Shown here in pieces: positions 23,377 through 33,558 of a stretch of DNA of 64,000 nt. The stretch is from assembly GCA_001179505.1 (NCBI GenBank), contig CDMY01000236.1:93246-157245 (forward strand), given 5' to 3'. Position 1 is the stretch's first letter; the number at the start of each line of letters is the position of its first letter. Position numbers and translations under genes: made by a program. Under the pieces are notes generated by a model. It had not been told where the DNA came from. It did no database searches and worked only from the letters and a program-made list of their open reading frames with translations. Origin of the DNA: Vitrella brassicaformis CCMP3155 (Eukaryota > Protista > Chromerida).

Positions 23377-24850
23377 ATGGAGCTGACGGCAGCGTTGCGG
23401 TCCTCCCTGGTGCGCCTGGTGCATCTGTGCGCAGATCGCGGCCTCTGTGGCGTCAATGAGGCTAAGGAATTCATCGCCCTGGGCCTGGTGTCGGTGGACG
23501 GCAAAGTGGTGGACCGGGGCGGTGGCACTGCAGTTGGCGGCGGCGGTGTGTGGGTCGAGAGGGACGCTGAGGTGCAGCTGCTTCCCCGTGCGCAGCGGGT
23601 GCAGGCCAGCAAGGTGACGGTGCTGCTCAACAAACCACTCCACTACCTTACTTACGTAAGTGAGAGTAAGACGCGGGCATCCATCATCATCATTGGTTCA
23701 TCTTTCGTTCTCATTTATTCTGTGTGTCTGATCAGGCTGCTGCGTCTTCCACAGCGCCCCCCTCCCGTCGTCTGTTGACGGCGGCCAACCGGCACGTGTC
23801 ATGCTCCAGCCGCATCGACCTCGCCAAGTGCCGCAAACTGCACCCCACCGACCAGCTCGACGCGGACACCACTGGACTCGTCGTCTTCACACAGGTCCGT
23901 GGCATGGCACAGCACGCACCACACAGGAGCGAACATTCCTGCGGTGAGTGAAAAAGTGCGCATTTGTGTGTGTGTGTATCAGGATGGCCGTGTGGTGTCG
24001 CTGTTGTCCGGCCGTCATGGTGGTGTGCAGGTGGAGCGGGAGTACCACGTGCAGGTCAGGGGGAGACTGGACGGACAGGTCGGTCAGTGAGGCAGCGGAC
24101 GGAGAACATAAGGACCGACCGACGCCCATTTCGTCGTCCATGCTGCTGTCCGTCATGTCATGTGTGCAGGTGTTGGGTCTCCTGCGTCACGGTCTGACCA
24201 TGGACGGCATCGACCTGCTGCCCTGCCAAGTCGACCAGGTCATGGTGTCACGCCGACACAGTAAGACAAGAACCCAACAGCCCAGAAAAGATGACAAGGC
24301 CGCCAGTGGGGAAGGACAAGAGACAGCGTCCCAGCTCTCATCTGAAGATCACCAAAGGACAGGACATCCGGCCGATGATGACGATCAGAGGAAGGCTGCT
24401 GGAGATGAAATGATGATTCGATCCGATGGGGCGCTATCCGTCTCGTCCGATGCATTGGATGAGGCGGCGGTGGTCGATGAATGGCCGAGCGCCCTGCTGC
24501 GCTTCATTCTCAAGGAAGACAGACCAAGACAGGTCGGTGGGCGGGGTGTGGTGCTGGCCTGGCTCGGCCGTTAAGACAAGACAACCACCGGTCTGGTCGT
24601 TGTGGCTGTGTAGGTGCGGAGGATGTGTGCGATGGTTGGCCTGGAGGTGGAGCGGGTGCATCGGGTGCGAATTGGTAGGGGAGAGACAGACAGACCTCAG
24701 GGAGGGAGGAAGGGACGGAGAATCACTTGCACAGAGCCTCCAGATGTGGAACGAGCTGCTGTGTGGTGTGTGTGTGCAGGGAAGGTTGATGTGTCGCGGC
24801 TGCCGTTGGGCAGGTGGAGACTGATGACCAAGTATGAGTCGTTCGTCTGA
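23377..24850 (+). CDS. S4-domain RNA pseudouridine synthase (RsuA/RluB/RluF family)
   Basis: S4-like RLVHLCADRGLCGVNEAKEFIALGLVSVDG; LLNKP; QLDADTTGLVVFTQ (catalytic Asp); REYHV; EDRPRQ|VRRMCAMVGLEVERVHRVRIG; LPLGRWR. Several GT-AG introns. Confidence 0.85.
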
Positions 24851-26148
24851 ATGATCCGATCCATGCATCCAGACTTGCCCGCCCCTGTTTGTACAGATTG
24901 ATTAGGTCGCATGAGATAGCGTACGTGAGGCCCTTTGAGTGACCTTGCTGATGCTTGGCATATCATATGCTCACGCACGCACCAGTGTCCATACCATAGA
25001 GGGGGGCATGTATTGGACACACATGAACGAACGAACGCCGCACGGCTCCCCTCATGTGTGTGTAAGGCTGTCTGTATGGGTAGGTATGGTATGTGCCTGC
25101 CTACTAGAAAACCTCCTCGAAAAACGCGAGGAGTGAGTGGCTAATAAAGGGACCAAGACAAACGGCATGGCAATGCAGCGCCGGACAAGCCACCTTCCAA
25201 TGGTGTGCCTGCCTGCCTGCCTGCCGGAGTGGACAAAGCGTCGCAGATGTCAGTCATGTCGTGCACGTGTGCGCAAGAAAGTCGGCCTACATGCGTGAAC
25301 CGATACTTGCATGCATCACGGACGCATCAATCACCGCACTCAGGATCTCTCCCGCACATCGATCCATCCGCCCCAACAAAAGGTCGGACTGGTTGTCTGC
25401 TATCTGCAGCAGCCATGCCTGGCGGGTGTATGCCGTTGGCGACCCGTTTGCGACCGTAGATTTGATGCTGGCGGTCAGGCTGCACCCGTCTACGATCGCA
25501 ACCCAGTCCAGCAACGGCACAAGCCACAGGAAACAGCCCATCAAGAGAGGAGAGGTCGCATTGACTAGTAAACCCTGTCTGTCTGTCTGTCTCCGTCCGA
25601 CATGGCCACGCGCCCCTCCCTGCCCCAGTCCACTTCGCCTGCCGAGCCTGGATGCCATCACACAACGACGCATGGCTGGATGGCAAAATCGTTTAGGCCA
25701 AAGAGAAAGCGCGGGCATGTCCACCTGTCCACCGCAGGGAAAGACTAGTACCACTCGACCAACACAGCGAGCGACACAGAAAGGAGCCACTAGTCGTTTC
25801 CCCATTACTAGTATCAACACACACATGGACGGACACACTGACTACAAAACCCTCTGCTAGACAGCCAAAGAGTCAGTCAAGGGAGGGAGGGAGGGAGGGA
25901 GGGAGCGATGGGAGCAGATAAGTCATCCCAGACACGATGCACCATGCACTGCACCGTACACACGTCAGCACAGCACACACACACATTCACGCACAGCCGA
26001 TAAAGGCAGAGAGAGCGGGCGAGGAGGGGAGCATCAGTTCTCACCTCACCGTACCATGTGTATGCAGCTATCGATACCTACAAAAACCTTCACACCTACC
26101 TACGAGAAAGAGGCCTACTCACTCATTCATGCACTTAATACTCCCACA

Positions 26149-26170
26149 GAGAGAGAGAGAGAGAGAGAGA
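26149..26170. repeat. (GA)n microsatellite, representative of the many simple repeats in introns and UTRs
   Basis: Direct reading. Similar tracts include (CA)n at ~57620-57650 and (CAGCA)n at ~49163-49192. Confidence 0.9.
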
Positions 26171-26172
26171 TC

Positions 26173-28928
26173 TCACCGCACCAAGAGCAGTGCCAGCACG
26201 CCAGCCATGATGGCGGCCGTCGACAGGGCCCCCCGGTGTGTTGCGTCAGCGGTAGCATCAGCTTCCCTCGCTGCCACCTCCTGCTCTACGTCGTCCTCGA
26301 TCTTGGGCAGCTTGCCCTGAACAACACATGGACAGTGAACACACGAATCATGGTCGTGTCCCCCTCGCCCCCTCACATGCCACGCACCCTTCCGTACCAT
26401 TTCGTCCCACCAGCTCCAGCCCCGCAGCCACAGCTCCTGACCAAAGGCACCTGGTGGCCAGCCAAGGGACGCGCACACACGACAGTAAGGCTATATGGCG
26501 GTGTGGCATGATATGATTCATCAGCCAGCCCAGCCAGCCCACCTACCTACCTCCCTACCTTTGTAGTCGACGATATCGAAGAAGCCATCGTTGGGCAGGG
26601 TGCGGTCGATGTTCCTGGGTGGAGGGAGGATGCACAACACAAACAGACATGCACATGCCATGCCCATCTCGTATCGTAGCTGGCCTGGCCGCATTCGTAC
26701 ACCTATTTGCGTGTTGGCACCTGTATGCAGCCCCGCCCACTCGTGGTCTAGGGTCAAAACCACCTCCGCGAGCGTCCTCCCGACCGTCGATGCACGGGTC
26801 AGCCTGATCGATCAGATCAGCCAACATTCGCATCACATCAAGGATCAGCTGTGGGTGTCTGCGGCATTATTCTCATGCAAATATGTGGATACGTTTGCCA
26901 GTTGTGGGTCTTCTGAAAGGTATGTGGGCTGCGGTGTGTAGTCGCCGTCCTCGTAGATGGGCGAGTCGATACGCCACATGACGTTGAGCGGACTGAAGTA
27001 CTGCACCGATCAAGGAAGGAAGCAAGAAACCACACAAAATGCATCCATCATGCGGTGAGCCGTCCTTGGATCTTGTGGAAGGTGTACCAGGTAGTCGGGA
27101 TGGCGGACGCTGTACGATTGAGGCGACTCCTGAAACCAACGTGGCAGCAATCCTCCCATCCACACCTGTCCTCCTCGTTGTGGCCTGTGGCCGGCTACCT
27201 GGGTGAAGTTAGCGGCTCCGGAGGCCTCGAAGTGCTCAAAGTAGACTGCAGCGGGGCTGTCCTGTATGATAGTGTTCAGAAACTGCCCGCCGATGCCCTC
27301 GCGAAAGTGGATCATCCGACGGTGCTTGACATTCCGCTCGCACTCGGCCTCGGCACTGCCGGGGCCCAGCAATGTCGCCTACACACAGAGGTGAAAGAGA
27401 CGCACGCAGACACTCTGCTTGTGCTTCACTCGCTGTTGCCGTTCATGTCCTCCTTACATGGGATATGATTGGGTGTGTCCGCGGCTGGGCAGCGTAACCG
27501 ATTTCATCGTTGTTATCCATCTAATACGCACACGACATCCAGCAACACCAGTGCACCCCGTGGATGTGTCTGCCGGTCCTGGTTCTCACCTCGAATGCAT
27601 GGTCGATGAGCACCTGGCTGCCCGTCTTGCCGTCCTTACACAAGACGACCAGAATGAACTGCCCGCGGCCCTGGTAGCCTTCGTCGGTATCGATGCCGTC
27701 GTCACCCACACACAGCACCGACGCGTACTTGAAGTCCACGGTGCCGCCAAAGAACTGAACGACCGACCGGGAGACAAAGAGCCTCAAGGTGTGTCTATCC
27801 ATCGGACAAAGTTTTGTTCTCGTTCGGTGTCACCTCGAGTCCGTCGTCGAGGTTGTAGGCCACTTCGATGTGGTCGACTTTGGTCCCGCTGCCCACACCA
27901 CCAAATGTGATGCCGTTGATCTCGTTCCCCTCACCCAACTCTGGTGAACACAAACAGAGAATGGGACTGACAGCTGAGCCTTCCGTTGACGACTGCGTAC
28001 CAGCGCCGCCGTACCACACCCTGACATAGTGCAGCTCTCCGCTGCTGTCAGAAGGGTCATCCCCGCCGAACCTGACGTTGGGCACTCCCTCGATCACATC
28101 CCTGTCGCCCATGTTGGTGGGGGCCCTGCAGCCATCCATCCATCCATCCATCCATCCATCAGACAGACAGACAGACAGACATAAGCTTATCATCCACACA
28201 CCACACATGGAAGGTATGTCTGTCACGACGGACCTGCCGAGTATGATGAGTCCGCCCCAGAGTCCTCTGGCGGGCAGGACGCTCTCCTCCTGGTTCGATG
28301 TGAAGGTGATTGGATCCGACACCGTACCCATCGCCCTGATCTTCCCACCAGGCTCGATGATCAGCGCCGGGGCATACCTACCGTAGATTTGCACCAGACC
28401 AGCACAAATGACGGGCATCGGCCGTGACGTGACATGCATCGTATTCTTCCTTCCTTTTGTTTACCCTCTGCTCCCTAGTCGGTTGGCCCTGATGATCACA
28501 CCTGAGGGAGGGAGGCACACAGGTCAGTGAGGTGGCATGCAGCGCCTGAGATCGAGGTGTGCTCATCCATCTGCCGATGGATGTTCTGCCCTGCCCTGCC
28601 CGACCTGCTTCGATGGTGAGTGTGGCGGACTCCTTGACGAAGACTTGCTCCGCCAGCACATACACATTGTCAGCCGTCCAAGTGGTGTCAGCTACGTATG
28701 GGGCAAATCCATGGGGAACAAAAGACGGATCATAGAAATGGCATGCATCATCCGGCCTGCTCCAGCATCCATGCATGCCTTCGGCGCACCTGTGATGTTC
28801 TCGCGCAGCGTCACCTCCTGCCCGCGACCTTTGACCACCAACAGCAGTGCCGCAGCGATGATGTACCAGATCTTCATTTCGAAGGACAAAAAGGGCGAGC
28901 CCCTCGCCAAGGTGTACCAGATCTTCAT
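26173..28928 (-). CDS. Bacterial-type parallel beta-helix (pectin-lyase-like) surface protein with signal peptide and C-terminal hydrophobic anchor
   Basis: Signal peptide MKIWYIIAAALLLVVKG. Spliced TLTIEA, GTVSDPITFTS, GLWGGLIILG, GGDDPSDSSGELHYVRVWYGG, GNEINGITFGGVGSGTKVDHIEV..NLDDGLE|FFGGTVD, DDGIDTDEGYQG, FDPRP and DY.GAFG..W..GWS. Ends in ALSTAAIMAGVLALLL. At least 10 introns. Confidence 0.8.
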
Positions 28929-29011
28929 CAGAAAGAGAGAAAAAGGCAATGTCTGCGTTCAAGCTCGCACCTGCTGAAACCGCTGCTTACCTGGTGGCAG
29001 ATCTATGAGTG

Positions 29012-31359
29012 ATGGCCGTCACCACCAAGGGGTACACAAGAGTGCGCCTCAATCAGAGCGCATTGATCCCTCGGCGCGTCAGCAAGCCTCGTCCATGGGG
29101 CGGCGATGGGCGGGTCTTTCGAGGGCTGGAGGCCGAGCACTTCGATATCGATGATACCATCGCTGCCCTCCGCAACACGCTGGCCGATTTTGCTCGACAC
29201 GGATCATTCAGGGGGCGGGAGGCGGTGTGGCAGCGGCACAGTCTGACTGTGGATAGTGCCATTGGAGCAGTGCAACCGCTGGCTGCTGCGTCCTTCTTGA
29301 CGAGCTACAGCAAGGCGGTGAGTCAGTGGGCAAGGGCGATGAATGAATGGAACATACGAAACGTGATTGAATCTGTGTGTCTGGTGGCTTTGTGTGCGCA
29401 GGGTTACTTCGACGCTGTGGTTGTCCCCTCTCTGCTTGAGAGGCTCCCCGCAGTCCCAGAGAGCGTCTGTCCCCGCAGCCTCTCTATGGCCCTCCTCGCC
29501 GCATCTCGCCTGCTCCCCTCCGACCCGCCTCCATCCATCGACCTTGCGGCCCTCCGACACACCATCCAGTGGATGTGCGAGGCTTCCCGCAACCTCAGCG
29601 ACAGGTTCAATGTGCACGACATCGTCAGCTTGATCGGGGGCATCAGCCGCATGCCGGCTGTCTACAGGCCGGCCGATGAGTCCTTGCGCGGCGTCGTGGG
29701 TGCGATGGTAGTGGGTGCGACTTCAATGGTCGGGGGGTTGCGGGCGTTTGAGGCGGCGAATTTGGTGCACAATTTGTCACTGCTGCCTTACCGTGACAAA
29801 GAGTTGCTCGGCGCCATCTCGGACCGTGCTCCTCAGCTGTTTGAAGGTCGATAGAAACACTACACTCACTGCATGTCATGTCCGTCTGCCGGAGATCACA
29901 GGGGGGATGTGTGTGCGTCGTGTCGTGTTGCTTCCTGGCTGCCATCAGGCGACGACCTGCCCCGCAATCTGGTGCTGCTGATCTACGCCTTCTCTAAGCT
30001 GGGTTACCATCGGCCGTCCTTTATGACGTGGGTCCACCACCATCTGCACCGGACTGGGGCTGTGATGCGCTTCAACGCCCAGGACTGCGCCAACTTCTTC
30101 GACGCCTGTGCCAAGCTGCAGTCGCTCGTGCCTTCAGAGGTTGCTCAGGCCTTAGCCAAACGCGTCTATAGGCTTGAAACAGAGGTAGGTGCGCCGCGCC
30201 CACATGCAGCTCACAGATACCTACCTCAGGGCATGTCCATCTGTATGCCTTTCTTTCTTCTGCTCAGTTGGAGCTTCGCCACCTTGCTGCTCTAATCCAT
30301 GCGTTCTCCTCCCCTGCCGTCGCAACGTTCCCAAGAGGGGAGCTGGCGAGCTTCAACGAGTGGCTCCTCGGCTGCTGCGAGACCCGCATCCAACGATCAC
30401 GCCACCCGTCCTCCCACGATCTCCTCAGCCTCGTGTCCTCCCTGGGTGTGGCCGGCCACAGACGGCCGTCCCTGTTTGCTCTCGTTGCTGCTCGTTTGGG
30501 GCTTCCTGAAAGGGTCTCATCACTTTCTCCCAGTCAGCTGGCTATCGTGGCGTCGACATACGCGCGGCTTGACCTGGTGCCAACGTTCCCCCATCTGCTG
30601 CACGGCATCGAGAGTGCTGTCCGCCAGTGTGTCGATCATGTGAGTGGAGGGACGTCCGGTGACCATCGAGAAATGGGCAGTCAGCTGCAGCTGTGGGGCA
30701 ACCTGGCTTTTGCAATGGCCATGGCCCAGCACACCCATCCCTTGCTACTGGGAGCAATGCTGCAAATCCGCTTCCAGCCGAGACACGTAGCCCCGAAGCT
30801 CTCTGCTGCTGCCTACGAGGGCGTCTGGGGCCCCCTGCGCCAGCTGTATCAGTGGAGCGGCCTGCACGGCTGGGAAGCCGCCAAGTGGATGACGGCACTC
30901 GCAGCATGCAAATGGCAGCTCCGGCGAGGCAGCGACGAGAGCCAGTCCGTCGAGGACTCTCTGTCTCTCGCGTCGCTCGAGCGGGCTCTCTATGTGGCTG
31001 TCTCTTACGAGGCCTTTCAGGAGAAGCTCACGTCTGAGCGTCGAGGCATCGAGAGCTGTGAGAGCGATCTGGCCTTCAGCTGGTCAGGAGGGCTGTCGAC
31101 GTCCGAGGCAGCAGAGCTGCTTGACTCTACCGAGCAGACACAGCTGCCGACCTCCGACGCAATGGGCCGAGAGGTGGAGGGGACATTGGGCAGACTGCAT
31201 GCGCTGGGGCGGGTGGAGGTGTCGGCACATCACCTGGCTGGGCAATTCCGTCTGGACTTCCTAGTCATGCCGGGGAGGGGGGAGACCGAGACCAATACAC
31301 ATGTCGGCGAGGTCAGGTGGTCGGCAGCTGAAGGCGAGGGTGCGAGGGTGCGTGCCTGA
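29012..31359 (+). CDS. Helical-repeat (HPR/OPR/FASTK-like) protein with a probable C-terminal RAP domain; likely organellar RNA-binding
   Basis: Repeats FNVHDIVSLIGGISRM, LRAFEAANLVHNLSLL, LPRNLVLLIYAFSKLGY, FNAQDCANFFDACAKL and LSPSQLAIVASTYARL. RAP-like GQFRLDFLV near the end. Confidence 0.7.
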
Positions 31360-31910
31360 CTGCAGAGTGACGACTTTCTTCATCAAGCTAGCATGAAATA
31401 TATTGGCATATATATACCTGCCGTTGAATGCCATTTGACAGGGGAGGCATACATGTGCAGGTGAGTCCATACCCTCAGTCGATTTCTGTGAGGGGTCAGA
31501 AGCCGGTGGTCCTCAGTAGGTCGGGGGGGCCTGGTGGGTGTGATGCGATTGAGATGTGTGTGGGGGAGGTGTCGTTCAAAGGGGGGGAGGGGCAACAAGA
31601 AGCCGAAGAAACGTATTGTGTGTGCATTGTGTGATGGTGGCACAGATTGAACTACATATGATGAGCAGACATCCTTTCTGTACTCTGACATTTATCCTAC
31701 TCAGTCAGACATCGGTCTTTTATTTCTCCTCCCTCAGCCGTTGCCAACGGCTGCGTGGAAAACGCCGCTTCGTTGCTCCTTTCTCGTCACAAGCTGATCA
31801 CCGGGAGAGCGGCGTCGGTCGTCTGCGAGTGTTTGTCTGCTAGCGTGATATCTGTGAGTGAGCGGTGTGCTGTGCTGTGCGTGAGGGACTTCGTCGACTT
31901 GAGAGAGGGG

Positions 31911-32453
31911 ATGGCGCGGACCAAGCAGACCGCCAGGAAGTCGACGGGCGGCAAGGCGCCCCGCAACCAGCTGGCCTCTAAGGTGAGAACAAAGGTGCCA
32001 ATCACAACAATGTACGTGAAAAGTGTCTGTGCTGTGTGGGTGAAGTACTTGAAGTCGGCCCCCGTGTCTGGCGGTGTCAAGAAGCCCCACCGCTACCGCC
32101 CCGGGACGGTGGCGTTGCGTGAGATCCGCAAGCACCAGAAGAGCACCGAACTGCTGCTCCGCAAGTTGCCCTTCCAGCGTCTGGTCAAGGAGCTTGCCCA
32201 GGACTTCAAGACGGACCTCCGCTTCCAGTCACAGGCCGTGTTGGCCCTTCAGGAGGCCAGCGAGGCCCACATGGTCGGGCTGCTCGAGGACTCCAACCTC
32301 TGCGCCATCCACGCCAAGCGAGTGACCGTCATGCCCAAGGACATCCAACTCGCCAAACGCATCCGCGGCGAGAATAAATCAACACGCCATCCCACGGGAG
32401 GGGTGTGGTGGTGGGTAAGGAGTGGGAGGGGGTGGGGACTGGGTAGGAAGTAA
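31911..32453 (+). CDS. Highly divergent histone H3 variant or H3 pseudogene
   Basis: [18 protein letters not shown]...[16 protein letters not shown]...DLRFQS.AV.ALQEA...[16 protein letters not shown]. Intron donor at 31983. Many substitutions and no stop at the usual position. Confidence 0.85.
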   Translation: MARTKQTARKSTGGKAPRNQLASKVRTKVPITTMYVKSVCAVWVKYLKSAPVSGGVKKPHRYRPGTVALREIRKHQKSTELLLRKLPFQRLVKELAQDFKTDLRFQSQAVLALQEASEAHMVGLLEDSNLCAIHAKRVTVMPKDIQLAKRIRGENKSTRHPTGGVWWWVRSGRGWGLGRK

Positions 32454-33558
32454 AGTGACTGATGTGCGTCACACATCGCCTGGGTGTGAAGGCTGTCTTG
32501 ACGCACATCACACACGACTCCACGCACCTCTCTCTCTCCCTGTCTGTTTGTCTGTCTGTCTGTCTCTCTCTCTCTGTGCATCGACTCGTGTGCTCAGCTC
32601 GTTGCATCTGCGGAAAGGTGATAAATAAGGTAGACGGCTGTGCTGTGCTGTGCTGTGCTGCGTGTGGATAAGGCAGCCATGCATTTGTCGGCAGGTAAGT
32701 GTGTCGTGGGGGAAAGGTGGCTGTGAGTGAGGATGTGGCCGTGTGCATGTGCCTGTTGTGGTGAATTGGCGTGCGGCGCGAAAGGGCTTCAGCCTGCACG
32801 CACTGCCCCGCTCGATGTCAGCTGGGGGGTTGTGTGGGTAGGTGGCAATTCAATTGGTCAAGGGGATGTGATGGATGTGCCACATGAGGGAGGAAGGGTA
32901 TTCGGTGACACCTAAGAGGGGCCTCGCTAAGAGGTGGCTGGCTGACATAAGAGGATGGATGCGATATAGTGTAGGAAGACTGTGTGTTATGAGAGAAAGG
33001 TGCACAACAGAAAGATGATGAATTTCTCTCACGCTACAGAGATGAAAAATTGACCTCATATCCCGCCTGCCGATAACCCCATCGCAGAACACATCAACTC
33101 TACATACATCACCAGACTGTCTGCCCCGGTTTCCGTCAGCATTCTCGTTTGTGAAGGGCTGTGTATCAGTCAATCCTTCAGTTCGACACCTCACATCATG
33201 CCATGCCATGCCATGCACACCTACGTGCAGCCAGCCAAGGGTGAGGGTTGCATGGCATGATGGCTGCACGAGAGAAAGGTGGTGCAGTGATTGCAATCGT
33301 GTCAGAAATGGAACGCAGATTCGATTCACGTCAGTCAGTAATGGTGTACCTGGTTGGTTGGAGTCTGTACAGGTGCGAATTACATACATACAAGAGGCGT
33401 CAATCGAGGGGCCGGCTGGCGAGGTGAGGTCGCTCAGGCTAGAGAATGGGTCATCAGTAGGGTATCTATGGCGTGAATCTGTCTAACAACACAACAAGGC
33501 AAGACAAGAGGCGCCTCCAAGATTCTATGCTACACACTCCGCGCCGCGCCCTCATGCG

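Noticed and set aside
19083-31359. Bacterial operon, contaminant or recent HGT island (polA, pseudouridine synthase, beta-helix protein)
   Set aside because: All these genes carry host-style microsatellite introns and lie on alternating strands. Any transfers are old and probably independent.
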